A stretch of 32,000 nucleotides of DNA from Candidatus Peribacter riflensis (GTDB lineage Bacteria; Patescibacteriota; Gracilibacteria; Peribacterales; Peribacteraceae), in contig CP013062.1 in the NCBI GenBank assembly GCA_001430755.1, forward strand, positions 630,001 to 662,000, read 5' to 3'. The notes beneath the pieces were generated by a model. That model was not told the DNA's origin and did not search any database. It worked only from the letters and a program-made list of their open reading frames with translations. The position numbers and the translations under genes are program-made. Positions 1-7,426 of this stretch are shown here, piece by piece (position 1 is the first letter of the stretch; each line of letters opens with the position of its first letter).

Positions 1-617
1 ACGCCGAGCTCCTTCTGACGCTTGGTGAGCACAGCCTCGGGCGCGGCGACGGTGGCCGGAACGATGTCATCGATATCCACGCCGGCCTGATCCACGCACT
101 TCTCGATGTTCTTCACGTGCTGGATGTGCCCCGTCACGATGTGGGCTTCGACCTCGAGACGGATGCCCGTCATGCCGACGGGATTCTTGATGCCGCGCTG
201 CTCGTCGACCGCGTACGACTTGGGCTCGATGTGCAGGATGCGCCTGTTCTGGGGAATGCTCACGGCCTGTGCAGCCTCGAGCACGCGCCCCACGTCCTCC
301 ACGCTGATCTCGGAACCCGAGATGGCGATGACGCCGCGACTGTCGAACGATTCGATGTGCGATCCGCTCATGCCCACGAACACGTGGTTGATGGGCACCC
401 CCGCCATGCGCTCCGCATCTTCAAGCGAAGAGATGATATTGTGAATGAGTTCCTCCACGTCGATCACGTGCCCCTTGCGCATCCCATGGGAGGGAGAGAT
501 ACCCACACCAATCACATTGGGGATGAGCTTCTCCTGCTCGCCATCCACGACAGCGACGACGGTCCGAATTTTTGCGCTTCCGATATCGAGGCTGGCGACA
601 ATGCGTTCTTTTGGCAT
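1..617 (-). CDS. ftsA: Cell division protein FtsA, N-terminal part (gene continues beyond left edge)
   Basis: Absent from the ORF track because it is open at the window edge. My minus-strand translation from ATG (617..615) gives MPKERIVASLDIGSAKIRTVVAVVDGEQEKLIPNVIGVGISPSHGMRKGHVIDVEEL..., with the actin-fold DIGS phosphate-1 motif and an FtsA-like N-terminus. The + strand ORFs 106..444 and 117..641 are shadow ORFs. Confidence 0.8.
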   Translation of the reverse strand, partial: MPKERIVASLDIGSAKIRTVVAVVDGEQEKLIPNVIGVGISPSHGMRKGHVIDVEELIHNIISSLEDAERMAGVPINHVFVGMSGSHIESFDSRGVIAISGSEISVEDVGRVLEAAQAVSIPQNRRILHIEPKSYAVDEQRGIKNPVGMTGIRLEVEAHIVTGHIQHVKNIEKCVDQAGVDIDDIVPATVAAPEAVLTKRQKELG

Positions 618-890
618 GGGAGAGAGGGTCAGAGAAGTTGAATACAGAAGATGTTCCGCGTACTCCAAAGTGAAGTATCCGCGAAACAACGTAATTCTAA
701 TTGGAGAAAACGCGGATCCGCAAGATGAAGATGAATACCTTTGGTATACAGCAGGCACAACAGAGAACAATTTTTCTGTTCTGGAGTTTGCCCGTCTACT
801 AGGGATGATCACCCATTGTGTGTCACTGAAATTTTTGACGGAAAATGACTGAACACAGGTTGTGAACAGCGTGACGCATCTCTGCACTCC

Positions 891-1853
891 TCAAAAGAGC
901 GTCGGCTGATCGAGCTTCACACTCACCGGTGAGGGCATCGCTGCAGCCGCCTCTGCATCGGCATGCGCCTTGCCGAAGGCTGTTATGAGAAGCGACTGGA
1001 AGCGCTTGATGAGCAGAGTGAACTGCATGTCACGGAAGAATTCCAACACCTGAGTGGTGGGAAAAACGCCGAGCTGCACATCTGCGAGAGAGAGCGGAAG
1101 CGGCATGTCGGAAATCAGTGCAGCCATCCGCTCGCAGAAGAACGCCTGCTCGCGATCCGCCGCGAGCTTCTCGTGGACGGCGGGCCGAATCTCATCCAGA
1201 TGATCGTAGACGCCCTTGAGGGTGTCGTACTTCTGCAGCAGCTCCGCCGCGATCTTGGGCCCGATGCCTTTCACTCCCGGCAGGTTATCGGATTGGTCGC
1301 CGGTGAGTCCTTTATAGGAGGCGATCTGGTCGGGCCGGACCCCGTACTTCGCCTCGATCTCCTTCGGTCCCAGGTACTCCGCCTGCTGGTACCCCTTGTG
1401 CGGAATGGCGATGCGGATCTGATCACTGGCGAGCTGCAGGGCGTCGCGGTCCCCTGTCACGATAGTGACCCTCATCCCAGCCTTCTCCGCCAACCGCGCG
1501 TAGGCGCACAGCAGGTCATCGGCCTCGTACTTGGGATTCGAGACATGGGGAATACCGAACGTCTCGATGAGCTCAAGGATGCGCGGAATCTGCACGTAGA
1601 AATCGTCGGGGGTTTCGGCGCGGCCCGCCTTGTAATCTTTGGCCTCCTGATGGCGGAAAGTTTCATCGCCCTCGTCGAAGCAGAAAAGGAGGGCATCCGG
1701 CTCCTCTTTGCCGAGAATGGAAAGGAGCATGGAAGCCACGCCGAAGACCGCATTCGACTGCTCGCCCGACTGGGTTTTGAGCGTGCGCGGGATCGCCCAG
1801 TAGGCCCGGTACATAAGGTGATGCCCGTCAATCAATACAAGATGCTTCATCAT
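891..1853 (-). CDS. Stand-alone 5'-3' exonuclease (Pol I N-terminal / FEN-like domain)
   Basis: 320 aa. LIDGHHLMYRAYWA start, EADDLL, TGDRDALQL and GVKGIGPKIAAELL (H3TH) motifs are typical of the 5'-3' exonuclease family. No polymerase domain follows. Confidence 0.85.
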   Translation of the reverse strand: MMKHLVLIDGHHLMYRAYWAIPRTLKTQSGEQSNAVFGVASMLLSILGKEEPDALLFCFDEGDETFRHQEAKDYKAGRAETPDDFYVQIPRILELIETFGIPHVSNPKYEADDLLCAYARLAEKAGMRVTIVTGDRDALQLASDQIRIAIPHKGYQQAEYLGPKEIEAKYGVRPDQIASYKGLTGDQSDNLPGVKGIGPKIAAELLQKYDTLKGVYDHLDEIRPAVHEKLAADREQAFFCERMAALISDMPLPLSLADVQLGVFPTTQVLEFFRDMQFTLLIKRFQSLLITAFGKAHADAEAAAAMPSPVSVKLDQPTLF

Positions 1854-1863
1854 AAGAAGAAAA

Positions 1864-1906
1864 GGTGGCTTGCCCGGCGTAGCCCGAAGGGCGAAGTCGG
1901 GTGGCC
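1864..1906 (-). repeat. Copy of dispersed GC-rich nested-hairpin motif (TTC / inner hairpin / TAC / GGCAAGCC)
   Basis: Minus-strand reading: ggccacccgacTTCgcccttcgggcTACgccgGGCAAGCCacc. Same architecture as the copies at 5171-5245, 10285-10332, 18681-18725 and 24834-24893. Confidence 0.7.
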
Positions 1907-2092
1907 ATCAATGAGGACAAGATGCTGCACCGCATGAGCATGCAGCAGAGGCGTTCAAAAGGCAAAAAGGCGGCCCCGCATCCCCCCTCTTCTTGCCTGA
2001 CATTCAACACACACTAAACACGGAAAATCTCAAGTCTTCGTCCCTCCTCAAAAGAGTGATTTTCGGCTATACTATCAGGATAACTGACAACC

Positions 2093-2127
2093 AAGATTAA
2101 AGAATAAGGAATGAAGAATAATGAAAC
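2093..2127 (+). repeat. Purine-rich heptamer array (GAATAAG/GAATGAA type)
   Basis: aagattaaagaataaggaatgaagaataatgaaac. Same unit family as 15163-15194. Confidence 0.8.
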
Positions 2128-2147
2128 AAACACAACAAACAGCACTC

Positions 2148-2182
2148 GTCCTAAGTCCTAAGTCCTAATCCCTAATCCCTAA
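2148..2182 (+). repeat. Tandem heptamer array GTCCTAA x3 + TCCCTAA x2, ending directly at ATG 2183
   Basis: Five exact 7-nt units read directly. TAA recurs every 7 nt, so all three frames are closed. No purine-rich SD lies between the array and the ATG. Confidence 0.95.
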
Positions 2183-2812
2183 ATGAATCCCCTCTCTCCC
2201 GCGTACGATCCGAAGATCACCCGCCGCTACAGCGCGCGGACGATCGAGCATAAGGTGGAGAATAAAACCGCCCTGCAGCGTGAGCTCAATTGGCCAATGG
2301 AACCCAAGGCCCCCGTCATCTGCTTCCCGACCGGGATGTCAGATGCCCTCGGCGGGGAGCTTCTGAAGCAGCTGCTCCCGGGGCTCCTGGCGGTCTCCGC
2401 CGAACTGTTGGTGCTCGGCAAGGGAGAGAACGACTACGGTGAACTGTTCACCGGACTCGCGAAGGAGCGCGGCCACCGCATCGCCATCCTGCCGAACGAC
2501 GACGACAGCATACGCAAGATGCTGGCCGCTTCGGATATCGCCCTCTTCCTCACCGACCCCTGCGCGCTCCCGGAGCTTACGACCTGCCTGCAGTACGGCG
2601 TGGTTCCCGTCGCGCCAGAGTGTAAGGGACTTGAGGACTACAACCCCGTGCAGGAGACCGGCAATGCCTTCCTCGCCGGAGCCGAAACCCCGTGGCTGAT
2701 CTTCGCGGCCCTCGTACGCGCACTCGAAACCTTCAAGTTCCCGTTCGACTGGAGGACGATACAAAGACATGGGATGGAGTCGGTGCACGAAGAGAAACCT
2801 GTTGAGGGTTAG
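2183..2812 (+). CDS. Glycogen/starch synthase (GT5) C-terminal-half homologue, stand-alone 209 aa
   Basis: KVENKTALQRELNW..., LVLGKGENDYGELF and SDIALFLTDPCALPELTTCLQYGVVPV align by eye with the GlgA C-terminal Rossmann half (K.ENK.ALQ, LG.G...YE, PSRFEPCGL.Q.YA..YG..P). The N-terminal half is absent. Confidence 0.55.
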   Translation: MNPLSPAYDPKITRRYSARTIEHKVENKTALQRELNWPMEPKAPVICFPTGMSDALGGELLKQLLPGLLAVSAELLVLGKGENDYGELFTGLAKERGHRIAILPNDDDSIRKMLAASDIALFLTDPCALPELTTCLQYGVVPVAPECKGLEDYNPVQETGNAFLAGAETPWLIFAALVRALETFKFPFDWRTIQRHGMESVHEEKPVEG

Positions 2813-2924
2813 GGAACGAGATATTCGGGAACTAGGGATACGGGAACTAGGGAACTCGGATGAGGAAATGTGATCTTTTTGAAAAACCCGATTTCCCTAC
2901 TTCCCTACTTCCCGATTTCCCTAC
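2806..2924. repeat. Inverted pair of 7-8 nt unit arrays (GGGAAC-type left arm 2806-2859, CCCGATTT/CCCTACTT right arm 2887-2924) between convergent genes
   Basis: Left arm: gggttagggaacgagatattcgggaactagggatacgggaactagggaactcgg. Right arm: cccgatttccctacttccctacttcccgatttccctac. The arms are imperfect reverse complements through the GGGAA/TTCCC cores. Both flanking stop codons (2810-2812 and 2921-2923) lie inside the arms. Confidence 0.9.
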
Positions 2925-4318
2925 ACCAGAAAACTCCCCACCGTCACCCCGCAGAAGAATCCGAGGAAGAGGAAAGTGAAGAGGAGGGCAAAGTTCCTCC
3001 AGCGTGCGGGCCGCAGCGGGCGCGCGAGGGCGCGGTTATTGAAGATAAGCAGCAGCCCGGTGTAGATGAACATCGCGAAGGCGTTGAAGACCGCCCCGAG
3101 CACGATGAGCTCGCGCGGCTGATCGAACCCGAGAGAGAACACGGCGATGCCGAACAGAATCTGCGCCCACAGAATGCCGTAGTACAGCAGCGAGACGGGT
3201 GCAGTGTGACGCCGGGCGAGGAGCAGGGCGTTCTCGGTGATGATGCGGCTGGTGGAATCGAGCACCGTGAGCTGAGTGGCGAGGAGCATGACCCCCGTGG
3301 CGATGAGAAAGAGCATGCCGAAGACGGGGAGTGTGCGCTGCGCGATCACCGACGACTCGAGCAGGATGAAATGAATCCCCTGCGCGTTGCCCGCAGTCCC
3401 GAAGGTTGTGACGTACGAGAGGAACGAGAGTAGGAGCATCGTGATGAGCCCGAGCAGCCAGAAGACAAGCAGGTGCTCAAGGTTCGTCACCTTCCACCAG
3501 CGGCGGAATCGCCTGAGGTTCTCATCCGTGATTGCAAAGGTACATCCCCGCAGTGATATTTTCTGCGCGCCTCCCTCTCCGGTGATCACGCTGGTGATGC
3601 GATCGGCGTAACGGCCCATGCCATACCCTTTGTCACGCACGTAGCATGACTGCGCCAGATTGAGATTACCGCCCGCTCCTGAGTACGCCAGCGCGCCGAG
3701 AAAAGCAGCGAGCGGCACGCCCATCGGCAGGAACCAGAATCCTTCACCCTGACCCACGAGCCCCTGCGCGAGCGTGACGATGTCAGCCGAGCGCGACAGG
3801 TACAGCGCAAGGAGCAGGATGAACGGAACGCCCAAGCCGATCACCACCATCTGCAGCTTCTCGACACTCTTGTAGAGCACCCGGCCCATCGAGAGAAAGA
3901 GACCGATGCACAGGAACACAATGATGGCCACCGCATGCACGTTATCGATCCCCAGCGCACCGGCGAGGAGTGTCGCACCCGCAAGCCCGATGCCCGGCCA
4001 CCCGAATCCGAGGAAGGTCGAGAGGATGAACCACGCAGGCAGCCACTTCCACCGGCGCGCGAACCCCACGAAGATGCTCTCGCCATGGATGAGCGCGTAG
4101 CGCGAGACCTCCATATTGATGAAGAACTGCATGGTGACCCCCACGACGATCGCCCATGCCATGCCGAGCCCGAAATTGGAGGCGAGGTACGGCCACAGGA
4201 TCACTTCGCCGCTGCCTAAGCCTAGCCCCAGAATAATGAAACTCGGCCCGATGAGCTTTTTGAGCTTCGGAGCGGGAGGCAGTGGTTTGCGCGCATGCGC
4301 ACCTTTCGCGGCGGGCAT
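2921..4318 (-). CDS. Nramp-superfamily polytopic membrane transporter with non-canonical metal-site residues
   Basis: 465 aa, about 11 hydrophobic segments. GPSFIILGLGLGSGEVILWP parallels Nramp TM1 GPGFL....DPGN. AGGNLNLAQS parallels TM6 MPHNLYLHS. Confidence 0.55.
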   Translation of the reverse strand: MPAAKGAHARKPLPPAPKLKKLIGPSFIILGLGLGSGEVILWPYLASNFGLGMAWAIVVGVTMQFFINMEVSRYALIHGESIFVGFARRWKWLPAWFILSTFLGFGWPGIGLAGATLLAGALGIDNVHAVAIIVFLCIGLFLSMGRVLYKSVEKLQMVVIGLGVPFILLLALYLSRSADIVTLAQGLVGQGEGFWFLPMGVPLAAFLGALAYSGAGGNLNLAQSCYVRDKGYGMGRYADRITSVITGEGGAQKISLRGCTFAITDENLRRFRRWWKVTNLEHLLVFWLLGLITMLLLSFLSYVTTFGTAGNAQGIHFILLESSVIAQRTLPVFGMLFLIATGVMLLATQLTVLDSTSRIITENALLLARRHTAPVSLLYYGILWAQILFGIAVFSLGFDQPRELIVLGAVFNAFAMFIYTGLLLIFNNRALARPLRPARWRNFALLFTFLFLGFFCGVTVGSFLV

Positions 4319-4387
4319 GGAACGTAGCGTAGCACTTCTCTCTTCCCGTTCACAAATCAGGAATCAAAGAGGAGTAGAGTGTTCCCG

Positions 4388-4474
4388 ATGATTGGATCCA
4401 TCTTCATCATCCTTGGGATCGGCGTCGTTGTTCTCCTCGTCTGGATCGCCGTGAAGGACAGTGGACAGAAATAG
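4388..4474 (+). CDS. Candidate 28-aa single-TM peptide (MIGSIFIILGIGVVVLLVWIAVKDSGQK)
   Basis: Too short for the ORF track. ATG lies 7 nt downstream of TAGAGT (4375-4380), the same leaderless geometry as many genes here. Hydrophobic core with a charged tail. Confidence 0.3.
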   Translation: MIGSIFIILGIGVVVLLVWIAVKDSGQK

Positions 4475-4479
4475 TGTGA

Positions 4480-5028
4480 CTACCGTGGCCCATCGCGCAC
4501 GATCGGCGTGCCGAGGCCGTTGCGATCCTCCTTCACGAGCATGAAGTAGAAGTTGAATCCCCCGCGCTCCGTCTGATCCTGGGGGTTATCGATGCGATCC
4601 ACGAGCAGGCGGTAGTTCGTCCCATCGGGACCCTTCATCTGTACGCTCTGACCGACCGTACCGAGGATCTTTTCCACCTGCACCACCGCACTCGTCCCGT
4701 CGAACTTCTGTCGCACCTCATACATCACATCCCGCAGCGGCCGGAGGTCGACCGCTGTGACAGGCTGTCCCTGTTCGACCTTGGTGCGCACGGCATCCAC
4801 GGCACGCTGGGTACGCTCGAAGAGATCCTTCTCGAGAGATTCCTGTTGCAGGTGTTCCTGTACACGCTGCTGGCGCTCCTGGGCCCTGTCGGCATAGGAC
4901 GAACCCTGCGCAGGTCTTTCATTCTTCGCTTCAGGCGAAGGTTGCTCAGCTTTCGGCTGCTCGCCTTCGAAATGCAGGAACCGATGTTCCCGCAGGGACC
5001 ACGGGTGGCCATGCTCGAATGTATTCAT
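4480..5028 (-). CDS. Hypothetical protein (182 aa)
   Basis: ORF 4480..5199 trimmed to ATG at 5028 (MNTFEHGHPW...). The upstream part crosses an AT-rich promoter and a repeat motif. No family recognised. Confidence 0.55.
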   Translation of the reverse strand: MNTFEHGHPWSLREHRFLHFEGEQPKAEQPSPEAKNERPAQGSSYADRAQERQQRVQEHLQQESLEKDLFERTQRAVDAVRTKVEQGQPVTAVDLRPLRDVMYEVRQKFDGTSAVVQVEKILGTVGQSVQMKGPDGTNYRLLVDRIDNPQDQTERGGFNFYFMLVKEDRNGLGTPIVRDGPR

Positions 5029-5059
5029 GAAAGTATGGGGAAGTTTGTATTCGATAAAT

Positions 5060-5088
5060 ATTATACAATAAAATTCAATAATACACAA
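5060..5088 (-). promoter_or_regulatory. Sigma70-like promoter (TTGTGT-17-TATAAT) for the 4480..5028 gene
   Basis: Minus-strand TTGTGT (5088-5083), a 17-nt spacer, then TATAAT (5065-5060), in the only strongly AT-rich stretch of this region. Confidence 0.5.
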
Positions 5089-5170
5089 ACTGAGGAATTT
5101 GATGTAGAAAACATGGTTGGTCAGGTGGGATCCTTCGGATCCGCTCAGGACAAGTTTGAACCTGTGTTGA

Positions 5171-5245
5171 TGTGGCTTGCCATCCGTAGCGCAGCCCAAA
5201 GATGAATAGCCAACCTTCGCCCCCTTCGTGAGCTACGGTCGGCAT
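5171..5245. repeat. Two inverted copies of the GCTACGG..GGCA(A)GCC dispersed motif downstream of tRNA-Lys
   Basis: 5171-5200 read on the minus strand gives gggctgcGCTACGGatGGCAAGCCaca. 5211-5245 read on the plus strand gives ccaaccTTCgcccccttcgtgaGCTACGGtcGGCA. Confidence 0.7.
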
Positions 5246-5263
5246 CCTCCGCTGCGCGGAGGA

Positions 5264-5340
5264 TGGTGGGTCAGGTGGGATTTGAACCCACGGCCAATTG
5301 CTTAAGAGGCAACTGCTCTACCGGACTGAGCTACTGACCC
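5264..5340 (-). tRNA. tRNA-Lys (anticodon CTT), CCA encoded
   Basis: Minus strand: GGGTCAG-TA-GCTC..GAGC-A-GTTGC-CTCTTAA-GCAAT-TGGCC-GTGGG-TTCAAAT-CCCAC-CTGACCC-A-CCA. A 10-bp hairpin (5243-5265) follows the 3' end. Confidence 0.9.
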
Positions 5341-5375
5341 TTTGTGTGCAAAATCCTATCGGCTCTTCGCCGTTC

Positions 5376-5440
5376 CTACAATACTTTTCGCGCCCGACTT
5401 GAACGTGTCCCATCCCTGCACGGGATCAGCACCGCAATGG
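5376..5440 (-). pseudogene. Displaced relic of the truB 3' end (encodes IAVLIPCRDGTRSSRARKVL*)
   Basis: Minus-strand codons 5438..5376 translate to the same 20 C-terminal residues as TruB (IAVLIPCRDGTRQSRARKVL*), with one substitution. No upstream ORF body is attached. Confidence 0.6.
5407..5440. repeat. Direct repeat, left copy: GTCCCATCCCTGCACGGGATCAGCACCGCAATGG
   Basis: 33 of 34 nt identical to 6517-6550, with a 28-nt perfect core (5413-5440 = 6523-6550). Confidence 0.95.
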
Positions 5441-5449
5441 AAAATCCCC

Positions 5450-6424
5450 TCAGCCATCCTTTTCATCCAGAATATTGCCGACCAATTCCTCGAGAACATC
5501 TTCCAGTGTCACGAGGCCCACGGTCTTGCCCTCCTGCACCACGATCGCAAGCTGGCCCGTGCTCTTCCTGAGGAAATGAAGAAGATCGTCGCACCGCATG
5601 GTACTGCTCACCTTGGGAACCTTGCGCGCGATGCTCAGTGCCAGGGCATGCTCCTTGCCGGCGGCAAGCGTCTCGAGAATGTCGCGGCTGAGCACGTAGC
5701 CGCGGACATCGTCGAGCGAGGCGCCGACGATGGGATACCGCGAATAACTGTGTTCGAAGACCATCCTGGCGACGGATCGGATCGTGTCATTCGTCTGGCA
5801 GTACACCATCCTGGATGCCGGCGTCATGATATCCGCCGTCATGCGGTCATTGAGAACGAATGCCCTGTGGATCAACTCGCGTTCGTCCGCATCGATGTGC
5901 CCCGCTCCCCCGCCCAAATTCGCGAGCGCGCGAATCTGCTCCTCGGTCCCCACTTTTCTCTTGCCGGACTTGAACAGTCGCACCGCTCTCTCGAGCAGCC
6001 ACACGAGCGGAAACAGAGCAATGACGAGTGCGCGCAAAAACGGAGCAGCCATCCTGCTGATACGGGGAGCCTGATGCGATCCGATCGCTTTGGGAATGAT
6101 CTCCGAAAAAATAATCGTCAGAAACGTCAGGATCGCCGTGATGACACCGATGACGCTGCTGCCGAAGATGGCTTCCGCCTTCCGGCCCGCCAGAATGGGC
6201 CCGAGGATATTGGTGACGTTGGTGAGAATGACGATCACGATGATCGCACGCGTGGTATGTCTGAGGAGGTGTTTCAGCTCGACGGCCCCCCAGCGCCTTT
6301 TGGAAATCATCACCTCCACTTCTGCCGGGGTGACGCTCAGGATCGCCGCATCGATCATGGCCCAGAAACCCGATACAAGGATGAACCCGACGATGAAGAG
6401 GATAAGCTCAACCAGAACACACAT
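5450..6424 (-). CDS. CNNM/DUF21 + CBS-pair transporter (HlyC/CorC family), lacking the C-terminal CorC_HlyC domain
   Basis: N-terminal TM bundle (LILFIVGFILVSGFWAMIDAAILS...), then ERELIHRAFVLNDRMTADIMTP and a CBS pair ending VGLVTLEDVLEELVG. The ORF-track start at 6475 is TTG, so I prefer ATG at 6424. Confidence 0.8.
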   Translation of the reverse strand: MCVLVELILFIVGFILVSGFWAMIDAAILSVTPAEVEVMISKRRWGAVELKHLLRHTTRAIIVIVILTNVTNILGPILAGRKAEAIFGSSVIGVITAILTFLTIIFSEIIPKAIGSHQAPRISRMAAPFLRALVIALFPLVWLLERAVRLFKSGKRKVGTEEQIRALANLGGGAGHIDADERELIHRAFVLNDRMTADIMTPASRMVYCQTNDTIRSVARMVFEHSYSRYPIVGASLDDVRGYVLSRDILETLAAGKEHALALSIARKVPKVSSTMRCDDLLHFLRKSTGQLAIVVQEGKTVGLVTLEDVLEELVGNILDEKDG

Positions 6425-6485
6425 TCTATGCAAAACAGCTCCCGCATTCAAGATGCAAGCGGCCTGCTCCCGCAACCGATGGTGC

Positions 6486-7346
6486 TCACAGCACCTTCCT
6501 CGCCCGTGACTGCCTCGTCCCGTCCCTGCACGGGATCAGCACCGCAATGGGTAGCCCCTCGTTCCAGCCGATGGTATCGGGCGCGGTCTCGTGTGCGATG
6601 GAACGCCCGTGCTTGATATCCTCCGCCTGCGCATCGGTGAGTTCGAGTTTCGGGAACGCCGCGAGCACATCCTTTAAAGGAATGACCTTCGTCCACATCG
6701 CCATCCCGGGCTTTATGGCATCCTCCACCGACCACTCCCCCACGCTGATGCGCTTGAGCCCCTCCAGGTAGCCGCCGCACTGCAGGACCTGCCCGAGATC
6801 GTGCGCAAGCGAGCGGATGTAGGTACCCGAGCCGCAGGCTACTTTGAGGTGCAGGTGCGGGTACGCGTACCGCTCGATGATGCACTCGGTGATCTCGACC
6901 TCGCGGGGAGGGATGTTCACTCCCCTGCCCTGACGCGCCTTGCGGTACGCGCGCTCGCCGCCGATCTTCACCGCGGAGTGCGCGGGGGGCACCTGCTGGA
7001 TCTTGCCGAGGAAGCGACTGCCGATGATCGAACGAATCGTGATCTCATCGGGAGCATGCCAGCCCGCAACCGGCGACCACCGCTCGATCACGCCCTCGCG
7101 ATCGTACGTCGTACTCGTGGCGCCGAAATGGATGTGTGCGCGGTACTCTTTGGGCAGATCGGAAAAAAGCTCCACCACCTTGAGCGCCTTCGCCCCCACC
7201 GCGAGCACCAAAAGCCCCTCCGCCGCCGGATCGAGCGTGCCCAGATGCCCGATCTTCTGCTCTTTGAGCACCGCGCGCACCTGCGCCACGGCGTCATGGC
7301 TGGAGGGACCAATGGGCTTGTCGATGAGCAGAAAACCATGGCGCAT
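6486..7346 (-). CDS. truB: tRNA pseudouridine(55) synthase TruB
   Basis: MRHGFLLIDKPIGPSSHD, GHLGTLDPAAEGLLVLAVG (catalytic Asp) and QVPPAHSAVKIGGERAYKRAR-like motifs. The ORF-track start at 7388 is TTG; ATG at 7346 fits the family N-terminus. Confidence 0.85.
   Translation of the reverse strand: MRHGFLLIDKPIGPSSHDAVAQVRAVLKEQKIGHLGTLDPAAEGLLVLAVGAKALKVVELFSDLPKEYRAHIHFGATSTTYDREGVIERWSPVAGWHAPDEITIRSIIGSRFLGKIQQVPPAHSAVKIGGERAYRKARQGRGVNIPPREVEITECIIERYAYPHLHLKVACGSGTYIRSLAHDLGQVLQCGGYLEGLKRISVGEWSVEDAIKPGMAMWTKVIPLKDVLAAFPKLELTDAQAEDIKHGRSIAHETAPDTIGWNEGLPIAVLIPCRDGTRQSRARKVL
6517..6550. repeat. Direct repeat, right copy (inside the truB 3' end): GTCCCGTCCCTGCACGGGATCAGCACCGCAATGG
   Basis: See 5407-5440. 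Confidence 0.95.
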
Positions 7347-7426
7347 CGGAAAGAGTGTATCGGAAAGTGGCGAGGAGATGCATGACAAACCCGCTGATAT
7401 TCCACTTGTCTTTTGCCTGGCGTACC

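Noticed and set aside
963-1937. 324-aa + strand ORF
   Set aside because: It is antisense to the well-supported 5'-3' exonuclease gene. The composition is Arg/Leu/Gly-rich and no motifs are present, which is typical of a shadow ORF in GC-rich DNA.
2148-2182. Telomere-like repeats (TCCCTAA resembles CCCTAA-type telomeric units)
   Set aside because: The arrays are internal, only 2-6 units long, flanked by genes on both sides, and mixed with non-telomeric units. The resemblance is probably coincidental.
5441-6516. Annotating the CNNM segment as a mobile element (IS/ICE/prophage)
   Set aside because: It encodes no transposase, integrase or inverted terminal repeats, only the direct repeats. The evidence supports an integration-like footprint but not a defined mobile-element class.
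5342-6616. 424-aa + strand ORF spanning the CNNM gene and the truB 3' end
   Set aside because: It is antisense to two genes with clear family motifs, Arg/Asp/His-rich, and it crosses both direct repeats. Judged a shadow ORF.
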